DNA of 57,930 nucleotides from Chlamydiales bacterium (GTDB lineage: Bacteria > Chlamydiota > Chlamydiia > Chlamydiales > JARBTN01). Shown in pieces: positions 47,374-55,962 of this stretch (the stretch's first letter is position 1; each line of letters begins with the position of its first letter). Where the stretch lies: contig JARBTN010000001.1 in assembly GCA_029240195.1 (NCBI GenBank), forward strand, positions 1 to 57,930, in the 5' to 3' direction. The position numbers were made by a program, and so were the translations under genes. The notes beneath the pieces were generated by a model. The model was given only the letters and a program-made list of their open reading frames with translations, had not been told where the DNA came from and did not search any database.

Positions 47374-48949
47374 CAGCCGGCTGTTCGTAGATGTCGGTCA
47401 GGTCGTTTTCGATGAGCCACGCATCTTCTTCTTGCCGCATGCGGCTGATGGCCTGAAAGGCCTCTTCGCGCGTTTGACAGAGGTGAATGCGCTCAGGTTC
47501 AAGCCCGCCTGCCAGCAACCCCTCTGAGAGGGCTTGGCGGTTTTCGGTGCCGACGAGAAAGACCTCATGGCAGATTTTGGCTGCCCTTTCACCAATCTCT
47601 TGATTGGCGATGAATTGCTTGTCGCCCAGTTCGATCATGCCGGGCGTCATGAGCAGGCGCCTTTTTGCAGGCAATTCGGCCAGCACCTCCAAAGCGGTGG
47701 CAAAGCCGGCGGGATTGGAGTTATAGGCATCTCGGATGAGCCAGCCAGACCCCTCGCGCAGCACTTGCAGCCGGTTGTCGACGGGCCTTAAAAGGGCAAA
47801 GCTGCGCATGACTAATTGGGGATCGGCGCCAAGAGCTACGGCCAAGGTGAAGCATGCGGCGCAGTTGAGCACAGCCCCTTTGCCAAAAAGGGGGGTGCGG
47901 CCGCTATAGTCTTGGCCCTGCCAGCGCAGGGTGAAATGGGAGCCGCGCTCGGAGAGCTGATAGGCGGTGATGTGGCAATCGAGGGGCTGGGAGGCGTCAA
48001 AGCCGTAGAGCAAGTTCAGGCGCTTGGGGTGGTCTTTAGAGATTTGGCGCGCTCCTGGGTTGTCGCCATTGCAGACTAAGATGCCGTCAGCGGGGAGCGC
48101 TTTGGCCAGTTCTGACTTGGCTTGAAAGACGTTCTCAGGAGAACCAAAGCGATCGAGGTGCATGTAGTCGACAGCGGTAATGATGGCCGCTTGAGGCGGC
48201 GTCAGCTTCGCCATTCTAGCGATAGAGCCGATGCGGTAGGCGCCCATCTCAAAGATGGCATAGCGGTGAGCGGAGCGCAGCTCTTCGCGAATCACACGCG
48301 TGACGCCCATCAGCGTGTTGATGCTCTTTTTAGGGGCAAAGGTGGGGGCGAGAGCTAAAGAGAGCGTCTCTTTGAGAATAGCTTTGGTGCTGGTCTTGCC
48401 AAAGCTGCCGGTGATGCCGATGATGTAGGGGTTTTTTTTCTGGATGATCTCTTGAGCCTCTTCTAAAAAGAGCGCTTGCTTTCTCTTTTCAAAGGGCCAG
48501 GTGCAGCGGTTGGAGAGGGCCAGCAGAAAGGGGAGGGTTTGCACAGCGATAGCTAAATCGAGCGGCAGGAGGGCGGGGAATTGGCACATGAGGGCATATG
48601 CCAGGATGACAAAGAGAAATAAGCTGACATAGAGCGTATTTTGCGCCCGCTCGGTCAGGTGCAGCCGGATTTTGCCGCTCTTTCTCGGGTCCTCTTCAAA
48701 GAGAGCTAGCAAAGAGATGCCAGAGAGAGCCCAAAATAGGGGATATGGCAGCCAATAAGCAATGAAGCAAACGGCAGATGCCCTGCGGTCAAAGCTCTTG
48801 GTGGCTAAGAGCCAGCGGATGAGGCGTATGGCTTCATAATCCTCTTGCTGCAAGATGCGCAAATAGCGCAGCTGCCTTCGATAAGCAAAGAAGAGGGAAA
48901 ACAGGATGAAAAGATAGTCGATCATAGAGCCGAAAGCTAAGGGTGTCAA
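47366..48949 (-). CDS. murF: MurF-type Mur ligase (UDP-MurNAc-tripeptide--D-Ala-D-Ala ligase family) with a polytopic membrane N-terminal domain
   Basis: IIGITGSFGKTSTKAIL P-loop, IFEMGA and IRDAYNSNPAGF (MurF DxYNxNP signature). The first approximately 150 aa are hydrophobic (YLFILFSLFFAY, FIAYWLPYPLFWALSGISLLALF, LYVSLFLFVILAYALMCQF, LAIAVQTLPFLLAL). The start is TTG 48949 (TTGA overlap with the hydrolase stop) or ATG 48925. Confidence 0.8.
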   Translation of the reverse strand: MTPLAFGSMIDYLFILFSLFFAYRRQLRYLRILQQEDYEAIRLIRWLLATKSFDRRASAVCFIAYWLPYPLFWALSGISLLALFEEDPRKSGKIRLHLTERAQNTLYVSLFLFVILAYALMCQFPALLPLDLAIAVQTLPFLLALSNRCTWPFEKRKQALFLEEAQEIIQKKNPYIIGITGSFGKTSTKAILKETLSLALAPTFAPKKSINTLMGVTRVIREELRSAHRYAIFEMGAYRIGSIARMAKLTPPQAAIITAVDYMHLDRFGSPENVFQAKSELAKALPADGILVCNGDNPGARQISKDHPKRLNLLYGFDASQPLDCHITAYQLSERGSHFTLRWQGQDYSGRTPLFGKGAVLNCAACFTLAVALGADPQLVMRSFALLRPVDNRLQVLREGSGWLIRDAYNSNPAGFATALEVLAELPAKRRLLMTPGMIELGDKQFIANQEIGERAAKICHEVFLVGTENRQALSEGLLAGGLEPERIHLCQTREEAFQAISRMRQEEDAWLIENDLTDIYEQPAGF

Positions 48950-49698
48950 GCATTTAAAAATTGGCGGATATGGTACGCGAGGAGGTGGGTGCTTAAATTG
49001 CCAAAGGGGTCGTGGCCCTGCCGCGGCAGTCTGATCAGCTGAGAGTGGGGCAAGAGGCGGTGCATCCTTTCAGCCATTTCATAAGGAGTCTCTTGATCCC
49101 TCTCTCCCCAAAGGAGAAGGGTGGGCGCTTGGATAGAGGGGAGAATGGGCTGCAAATCTTCATGGATGGTCTTGAGGAAGGTGCCTCTCATCTCATTCGC
49201 TTCGAGATAGTCTTTAGAGGCAAAACGGGGCACAAAATAATTGGCAAAGAGATGGGTGTGAAATGTCTGATCGACTATCTTTAGCGCCGCCCTTAAGCTA
49301 GAGAGCATTTTCCTCTGAGCCCGTCTTTTAAAGCTATGCTTTCTCTTCAATCCTGAGGCGCTCACTAAGATCAAGCGGCGCACCCGCTCTGGAAAGCGGC
49401 TAGCAAAGGAGAGGGCGACTTTGCCGCCAAAAGAGTGGCCAAATAAGTCGACTTGAGGTTGCTTAAGCCGGTCGAGATGCTCTTTTAAAGAGAGCGCGTA
49501 GTCAACAGAACTCCAAGGAACTGGGGGAGGGGGAGATTGACCAAAACCGGGCAAGTCGATGAGGTGGGGGGAGATGGGACTTTTGATGAGCTTGGCTAGC
49601 CCTTCTAAGCTCTCTAAAGAGCGGTTCCAGCCGTGCAACATGACTAAAGGAAATTGTCCTGTCAGGGATTGTCGAGAGTGCAGGAAAGCCGAATGCAT
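48946..49698 (-). CDS. Alpha/beta-fold hydrolase
   Basis: 250 aa. LVMLHGWNRS, nucleophile elbow FGHSFGG, a late GERD and a GHDPF histidine motif. Confidence 0.8.
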   Translation of the reverse strand: MHSAFLHSRQSLTGQFPLVMLHGWNRSLESLEGLAKLIKSPISPHLIDLPGFGQSPPPPVPWSSVDYALSLKEHLDRLKQPQVDLFGHSFGGKVALSFASRFPERVRRLILVSASGLKRKHSFKRRAQRKMLSSLRAALKIVDQTFHTHLFANYFVPRFASKDYLEANEMRGTFLKTIHEDLQPILPSIQAPTLLLWGERDQETPYEMAERMHRLLPHSQLIRLPRQGHDPFGNLSTHLLAYHIRQFLNA

Positions 49699-49709
49699 CT
49701 TTGCCGCCT

Positions 49710-50159
49710 TTAAGAAAAAGAATGATTGGGCAGCTTCGTTGTTTGAAACCAGTAGTGGTGGACTTGTTCGATCATTTTGTAAAAGGTCAGGTGGTCAAAG
49801 CTTTTGCAGATGTAGCTATTGGCCCCTTTGAGGTAGCATTCATTGATATCTTTTTCATCTTTAGAAGAGGTGAGTATAATCACCGGAATGGAATTGAGGC
49901 TCTGGTCTTTTTTAATTTCAGCGAGCACTTCGCGCCCATCTGTACCTGGTAAATTGAGATCGAGCAAGATGATATTAGGCCTTGGGGCGACATCTGGGTT
50001 GCTATAAGACCCTTTGCGATGTAAGAAATCTAAAGCTTCGTCGCCATTTTTGCAGCGGAAGATGGGGCACTTAGCTCCAGCCTTGCGAAAGTAGCGCTTT
50101 GTCGCTTCATACTCTTCTGAGTTGTCTTCGATGACTAAAATTGAATATTCCGTATGCAT
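49710..50159 (-). CDS. Stand-alone response-regulator receiver domain (Rcp1/CheY-like)
   Basis: ILVIEDNSEEYE, PNIILLDLNLPGTDGREVLAEIKKD, IPVIILTSSKDEKDI, GANSYICKSFD and a C-terminal HHYWF. No output domain and no kinase in the window. Confidence 0.88.
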   Translation of the reverse strand: MHTEYSILVIEDNSEEYEATKRYFRKAGAKCPIFRCKNGDEALDFLHRKGSYSNPDVAPRPNIILLDLNLPGTDGREVLAEIKKDQSLNSIPVIILTSSKDEKDINECYLKGANSYICKSFDHLTFYKMIEQVHHYWFQTTKLPNHSFS

Positions 50160-50388
50160 GGCTAAAGTCCATCATATTTTCTGGTGACAGCTTCTGGTAA
50201 TCGCATTTGGCAGAGCTGATGTGCCGGTCTGCCGGCAGATGGAGGGCCCCTAAAGGCATGATTGGGCGGCCCTTTAAGCTGTTAAAAGGCGGCCTCTCTA
50301 AATTTTATACTATACCAGCTACAAACTATTATTGGTAGCAGGCGCTTCACTTCTTGCCAGACCTAAAAAAGGCGCTTGCATTGAAGAT

Positions 50389-52356
50389 TTAGTGGGATTG
50401 CAGCAAAAGCTCGCCCTCGATCAAGACGCGGTGAATCTTCTCGATGTCATTGCGGTCGAGCTTCTGCTCGGCGGCAAGCCAGCTCTTAATTTCCTTGGCC
50501 TGCTCTAAGAAGGGTTCAAAGTGCTGCTGGGCAGTGCCCTCTCTTTTAATCAACAGCTCGAGATGGGTCAGAAGATCGCTGAGTTTGGCTAAGAAAGGCC
50601 TGGCCACTAAGTCCGCCTCATCCCCTTCGATGGAGGTGGAAAGAATGAGCTTTAAAATCGTCTCTTGCCGCTGGAATAAATTGCTCCAAAGCTGCTCGAG
50701 CGTTTCTTTGGCCCCCTCTAAAATGAAGAGCAGATCGCCTTTTTCGCTAAAGCCATAGTAGAGGTTCGCTTGCATCTCGTCAAAGAAGGGGCGATAGTCA
50801 ACTTTTAAGTAGGCAAAGCGCTCCTCTTTCAAAGATTGCTGCATTTTAGTCACAGCCTTTAGCCAAAGCGAGCTCAGCTGGCTCTCTTGATAGAGCCCGA
50901 TCAGGCTGGGCGCAATGCTTTGTGCTTGTTCTAAAGGAATATCTTGCAGCGCCAAGAGAGCTTCTAGCCGCCAATCTTCTTGGCTTTCTGCCGTCTTCTC
51001 GATCCAGTCGACTAATTCCTTTAAAGAATCCCTATCTTCTAACTTGACGTGCATCGCTTCTGCTGTCTCTACAAGGAGCGCGCGCTTTTCGGCCAGCTTT
51101 TGCTGCAGGGCTTCTGCTTCTAAATCGATGGCCATGGCCTCTGAGAAGGCATCTTGCAAGTCCCCTTGCCGTTCGCTGAACCACTCTTCAAATTTAAAAG
51201 AGGGAGAAGCGGCAGGAGGGGGAGGCAATTCAGCCAGCGTCAGCAAGGCCTGGATGCGGGCCCGGATCTTCGCAAAATGGCGCTTGCCGCGGTAGGCCTC
51301 TAGCGTCTTTAAGAGCACATTTGATAAGCGGTGCGCTTCTTTTGCAAATGTCAAAAGCGCTTCTTGCCGCTCTTTCAGCGAGGAACGAATGCTGATCAAG
51401 TAGGTGGCACACTTTTCATCGAGCTCTTCAAATTTGCCTTTAAAGGGGGCAAATTCTGAGGCAAACTGCCTTTGTGGCGCATCTTTTTTAAGGGCAAACA
51501 GCTCTTCCAAGCGCTTTTTCAGCTTTCTTTGCAAGTCTTTGGCATAATCCCATAGGCTATCTTCTTCCAGGTTGGAGCACTCTTCGATGCGATTTTCAAT
51601 TTGCTCCAGCACGGCGAGGGTCTGCTGCCGGAATTTTTCCTCTTTCAAGCTCTCCAGCCTGCCAGAGTTGGCTGCCATCCGCTCTTTTAAGGCGTGCACC
51701 CAGTCCTCGATGGCCCGCCTCGGCTGCTGTGGGCTGGGGGCTGAGGGAAGGGGCCAATCAATCATCTCCTGAATTTGCTCTTGCAGCTGAGGGAAGTTTA
51801 GGTATTCGGGGATTTCCCCTCTCAGGAAAGAAAGGTGGCTTTCATAATTTTTGATTTGTTCGTGCAAGTTCGATTTGACCACAATTTCGGCAATATCGAT
51901 TTTGAGGTCGTCTGAGAGTTTATCTTCTTCGCCTCTTTTGCTATTGATCGAGTCGATAAGGTGGTTGAATTTTGTGCACACCTCGAGCACCATTTCCAAG
52001 GGGGGGTACTCTTTGGGATTTAGTGATCCCTCATTTTGGATGTAGAGAGCCACCAGCGATCTAAGGTGCAGCGCCGACTGCTCAATGTCGATTTTATAGA
52101 AGTTTTTCTTCACATAGGGGATCTTGCCGATGCCGACGAGGCGCAGCAGCTGCCCCATCCACCCTTTCTTGCGCACTCTCAGATCAGAGAGGATCCAGTA
52201 GTGATGAAAATCGACTGGATAGAGAGATTCAAAGATTTGCTTAATGTCGTCGATGACGAGATGATTCATAAGGTAGGCCCTGTCCACATGATAAAGTTGA
52301 AATGGCTCAATAGATATTCCATAACTATAGCAAAAAGTGTTTTTATTACCCATCAC
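50389..52356 (-). CDS. Hypothetical 655-aa protein with a globular N-terminus and a long coiled-coil-like body
   Basis: Long ORF rich in E/L/K/Q heptad-like sequence. No recognised motif. Confidence 0.55.
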   Translation of the reverse strand: MMGNKNTFCYSYGISIEPFQLYHVDRAYLMNHLVIDDIKQIFESLYPVDFHHYWILSDLRVRKKGWMGQLLRLVGIGKIPYVKKNFYKIDIEQSALHLRSLVALYIQNEGSLNPKEYPPLEMVLEVCTKFNHLIDSINSKRGEEDKLSDDLKIDIAEIVVKSNLHEQIKNYESHLSFLRGEIPEYLNFPQLQEQIQEMIDWPLPSAPSPQQPRRAIEDWVHALKERMAANSGRLESLKEEKFRQQTLAVLEQIENRIEECSNLEEDSLWDYAKDLQRKLKKRLEELFALKKDAPQRQFASEFAPFKGKFEELDEKCATYLISIRSSLKERQEALLTFAKEAHRLSNVLLKTLEAYRGKRHFAKIRARIQALLTLAELPPPPAASPSFKFEEWFSERQGDLQDAFSEAMAIDLEAEALQQKLAEKRALLVETAEAMHVKLEDRDSLKELVDWIEKTAESQEDWRLEALLALQDIPLEQAQSIAPSLIGLYQESQLSSLWLKAVTKMQQSLKEERFAYLKVDYRPFFDEMQANLYYGFSEKGDLLFILEGAKETLEQLWSNLFQRQETILKLILSTSIEGDEADLVARPFLAKLSDLLTHLELLIKREGTAQQHFEPFLEQAKEIKSWLAAEQKLDRNDIEKIHRVLIEGELLLQSH

Positions 52357-52550
52357 ATCAAACGAGTTTTATGCGGTCCCTTTAAAAAAAAAGGGATGGG
52401 CGCTTCCATTTGGCCAAAAAAATGTTAGGAAACGGCCTTTTGCCGATGAAAGCTGGATGGAAAATGAGGCGGTCAGCTTGGGCGCAGAAGACTTTTTTTC
52501 TTTGAAAAGAAAGCTTTTGTTAATCACTAATTTATTTTTTGAATAAGGTC

Positions 52551-52583
52551 ATTGTTTTAAATAGCTGTGGGATATAAAATTTG
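52551..52583 (+). promoter_or_regulatory. Candidate promoter, copy 1 of a duplicated 33-nt block
   Basis: attgttttaaatagctgtgggatataaaatttg. TTGTTT (52552-57), a 17-nt spacer, then TAAAAT (52575-80). An identical block lies at 54642..54674. Confidence 0.4.
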
Positions 52584-52705
52584 TCAATTTTTTTTGAATT
52601 AAAATTAAAAATATGAGGGCCCTGACATGCAGGCGTTAGCGCTCATTTTGCTCATAAAAACAGCCTACTAGGCACTAGTTGCGATTCATAGGAGATCAAA
52701 AAAAC

Positions 52706-54520
52706 ATGGCAGCTCCCCATTCCTCTTCATTCTTTCCAGGAGGCGGCTACCCTATTCCTCAACCCTCCCCACCTCTTTTAGCGCCCAGCCCAGCCCCAGT
52801 TCAAGGCGCTTTGGTCAGCTGCATTGCGCAGCAGGCTCTCTCCACATCGGCTTCTGAGGAGTGCAAGGCAGAAAATGCAAAAGAGGCGCCGCGAAAAAAG
52901 GCGCGCCTTGAAAAAAGCCTCGCAACCTCTCCCTTAGATTGGCTGGCAGATGAAGTAGTCAACTGCATCTTTGACTTCCTCGATCCCGATAGCTTAAAGA
53001 GCATGGCTCAAACGTGCCGCCGCTGGCACTTGCACATGCAATCGAAGCCTTTACGCCCAGTCCTTACATTGCACCAAGGCTGCGCTCCATTCAACCCTGA
53101 AGAATTTGGCGCCTTTTTAGGCAGACTGGCAAGCTTCGATGATTCCTTTGGCATCGATTTTAAGGGCTGCCGGGAGCAATTGATTTTGCTTTTACAGCAT
53201 CCGGCCATGAGCCGCGTCAATTACCTAAAAATCAACTTGCCCGATATCGAAAATCATAGGGAAGTGCAGCGCGCTGAACAAGACTTGCTGCAAGTTGAAA
53301 GAGCGGGAAAAAGAGCGTTATCTGATCTAGACAGCCTTCCCTATCAGGCTGCATTGGAAGAGACTTTGCAACAAGTCGGCATCTTGAGAACCGAGATGAG
53401 AAAGAATGGCGTCAATGTCAATAAAGCGCAAAAGCATCTCTCTCTCTTAGCCCAAAGAGAGGAAGAGATGAATATGCTGAAAGAACAGTTAGGGCAGACG
53501 CAAGATGCTACGGTGTATGAGACCTTATCGCTTCGCATAAAAAATTGCCAAGGAGCGATAAAATATCATACAAAGAAGGCGAAAGTGCTGGAAAAAGGGC
53601 TGGAAAACCCTTCTCTTTTCCAACAGAGATATGCCAAGGTCGGCGCTTTTTTTACCGCTATGCCTGTCTTTGCAGCTTTGAAAGTGCTCGATGTCCGCTG
53701 TAGAGTTTTAGAACATCTGCGGATTTTAGAGCAGCTGATTAGAAATGCTCCTTACCTAGAGGCATTTAGAGTGCCCACCCCAGAGAAAATGAAAGACCCC
53801 GGTTTTAATGATGATGAGGACGAGAGCATCTACACTCCTCTTTTCCAGCCTTGCGCAGAATCGCTGACCTACCTCAACCTATCCGTGCCGCAGAACCAAT
53901 CCTCCCTATCGGGAAAGTGGTGTTCTATTTTAGGTGGAGCCTCCAACCTGCGTCACCTAGTCTTGGGTCGTGGAGCTGATGAAGAGGAGCTCACCAGCAT
54001 CCACCAGATTTACAGGCAAAATCCGTTAGAAATTTTATCTTTACATGACAGCGTCGGCGAGCCGTGCACCCTTGGCCTTTCCGAAGGGGAGCAAGAGCCC
54101 CTTTGCCCAAACTTAAAGAGGTTGCAGCTCTTCTATCCGAATGTCGACTTGGGAAGAATGGAAAATATTTTAGGTCATTGCCCCAATCTAAAAAGCTTGG
54201 CCATCATCACCCGCTTGCCAAATCCTTCCCCTGATGGGCTTACTCGTTTTAAAGAGGCATTGCAGTCGATGAGTGAACTTTTGAAGGAGCGGGGAGTGGT
54301 TCTTGAATGGTATCTTTATGTCTCCATCAGGAAAATAACAAAATTTGAGGCGCTGAGATCCCTCTGCCCAGATTTGGTTTTTGACCCTTTAGAGATAGAG
54401 CAAGCAGAAAAGCTGATCCATCAGCCCTATCAATTGCCGACCGATTCCAAAGTTCAAATGAAGGTGCTCAATAGCCGCTGCCCCACCCACAAAAAAAAGA
54501 TCATCAAAGTGAGTCTTTAA
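52706..54520 (+). CDS. Eukaryote-like F-box protein with C-terminal cysteine-type LRRs and an NLS-like basic patch
   Basis: ATG 52706 after AGGAG. PRKKARLEK, then F-box SPLDWLADEVVNCIFDFLDPDSLKSMAQTCRRWHLHM. C-terminal LCPNLKRLQLFYPNVDLGRMENILGHCPNLKSLAI. Confidence 0.75.
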   Translation: MAAPHSSSFFPGGGYPIPQPSPPLLAPSPAPVQGALVSCIAQQALSTSASEECKAENAKEAPRKKARLEKSLATSPLDWLADEVVNCIFDFLDPDSLKSMAQTCRRWHLHMQSKPLRPVLTLHQGCAPFNPEEFGAFLGRLASFDDSFGIDFKGCREQLILLLQHPAMSRVNYLKINLPDIENHREVQRAEQDLLQVERAGKRALSDLDSLPYQAALEETLQQVGILRTEMRKNGVNVNKAQKHLSLLAQREEEMNMLKEQLGQTQDATVYETLSLRIKNCQGAIKYHTKKAKVLEKGLENPSLFQQRYAKVGAFFTAMPVFAALKVLDVRCRVLEHLRILEQLIRNAPYLEAFRVPTPEKMKDPGFNDDEDESIYTPLFQPCAESLTYLNLSVPQNQSSLSGKWCSILGGASNLRHLVLGRGADEEELTSIHQIYRQNPLEILSLHDSVGEPCTLGLSEGEQEPLCPNLKRLQLFYPNVDLGRMENILGHCPNLKSLAIITRLPNPSPDGLTRFKEALQSMSELLKERGVVLEWYLYVSIRKITKFEALRSLCPDLVFDPLEIEQAEKLIHQPYQLPTDSKVQMKVLNSRCPTHKKKIIKVSL

Positions 54521-54529
54521 TAGCATCAG

Positions 54530-54565
54530 GCTTTAGCTTCACCTCGCCGAGGCTAAAGCATTTTT
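54530..54565 (+). terminator. Candidate rho-independent terminator after the first F-box gene
   Basis: gctttagc-ttcacctcgccgag-gctaaagc, followed by attttt. Confidence 0.5.
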
Positions 54566-54641
54566 AAGTGTAAAAGCTCTGTTAAAAGAAGAATCGATGC
54601 AAAAGCGTCTACTAAGCCCTATTTTTTCCCCTTGGATAATT

Positions 54642-54674
54642 ATTGTTTTAAATAGCTGTGGGATATAAAATTTG
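54642..54674 (+). promoter_or_regulatory. Candidate promoter, copy 2 of the duplicated 33-nt block
   Basis: Identical to 52551..52583. It lies about 140 nt upstream of ATG 54815. Confidence 0.4.
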
Positions 54675-54814
54675 CCCTTTTTTTTTGGGAAATCGATCAA
54701 AAATACAGATATCAGGCGGCAGGTGCTTGATCACACAGGCTTTAGCGCTCGTTTTACCTATAAAAAATTCGCTCGCCTTAACCCATATGAAAACAACTTA
54801 AGTAGGTGCAATCG

Positions 54815-55915
54815 ATGCATATCCCCTCTTTTTCCTCGCCTTCAAGTAGCTCCCAGGGCCTAGCAGAGCAAGGGCTCCAACCCCCTTTTGAAATGAAAGA
54901 AAAAGAAAATGGCGGCGCCATCAGTGCAATCGGAAAAGAATTGCTGCAAGCCTCATCCTTTCCTTCTAATGCTGCTCAAGGCAGCACGCTCCCTCTCAAA
55001 AAGAGAACATGGTCTTCGAAGGGCAAAGAAAAAGCCGATTCCAGCGATTCATTTGACGAAAAGGTTGATGAAATAAACGCGGCCCCTCTCACTAGAAAAA
55101 GGGGGCGAGAGAGTGATCGGGAGAACGTAGCAGAGGTAGAGGCGGAAAAACCAGTAGCCAAACAAAATGGCCGCACGGCCTCTTTCTTTGAGCCGCTATT
55201 TGATAAAAAAGAGCTGCTGATCACTTTAAAGACCTGCCATCAAGCCCTTAAAAAAGGCGATTTCGCTGCCCTTTTAGAGCATCTCACCGAGGGCTCGGCC
55301 AAGGACAACCTTCCTATTAAACTTGACATCAGCCTCTGCTCGATCAAAGAAGCCAGACGAATTTTTCAGCATCCCATCAGCGCTCAAGTCCGCCAGCTCG
55401 TGATCGATGCCGGCTTGATCGATGCGCCGCCGTCCATCAAACAAATGGTCAGCCATTTAGAAAATGCCGCCCTTAAATTGCATGCCCTGGAAAAAGACCC
55501 CACTTTGCCGCCTGAGAAGGCTTTTGATTGGCATCACAGGTCTCGCTTCATTAAAAATAAGTTGTGGTGCGTTTGGCATGAGGCTTACATTGCAAAACCG
55601 GCTGAGGAGAGGGAGCGATTGCCCCTCTTTTCTAAAGAATTACAAAATCTCGGCCAAATGGAGGCCCCGCTTTGCCCAAATCTAGAGAGCTTATCCTTGG
55701 ACACGCTCTTTATCTCTACCAAAGAGGGAGCCGAGCTAAAGGCCCTTCTATTCCATTGCCCCAAGCTAAATCGGCTCGACATTACAACTTTGATCTTTGA
55801 AGAGGAAGTCTTACCGGCAAAGGCTCAGCAGGTCGCTTGGCGCATCCAACAAAACCTGCTGCAGCGCCAAATCACCTGCTACATTCAAAATTCCCAATCG
55901 AAAAGAAGCAAATAG
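54815..55915 (+). CDS. F-box-less member of the same family (basic NLS-like patches plus shared C-terminal LRR region)
   Basis: ATG 54815 lies 6 nt after AGGTG (the track start GTG 54806 is also possible). LKKRTWSSKGKEK and LTRKRGRE. IKLDISLCSIKEARRIFQHPISAQVRQLVID and APLCPNLESLSLD..LLFHCPKLNRLDITTL parallel the neighbours. No F-box seen. Confidence 0.6.
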   Translation: MHIPSFSSPSSSSQGLAEQGLQPPFEMKEKENGGAISAIGKELLQASSFPSNAAQGSTLPLKKRTWSSKGKEKADSSDSFDEKVDEINAAPLTRKRGRESDRENVAEVEAEKPVAKQNGRTASFFEPLFDKKELLITLKTCHQALKKGDFAALLEHLTEGSAKDNLPIKLDISLCSIKEARRIFQHPISAQVRQLVIDAGLIDAPPSIKQMVSHLENAALKLHALEKDPTLPPEKAFDWHHRSRFIKNKLWCVWHEAYIAKPAEERERLPLFSKELQNLGQMEAPLCPNLESLSLDTLFISTKEGAELKALLFHCPKLNRLDITTLIFEEEVLPAKAQQVAWRIQQNLLQRQITCYIQNSQSKRSK

Positions 55916-55962
55916 GCGCGGCCATTTCCCACTTTCAAATTCATAGGAGACCTTAAAAAAAC

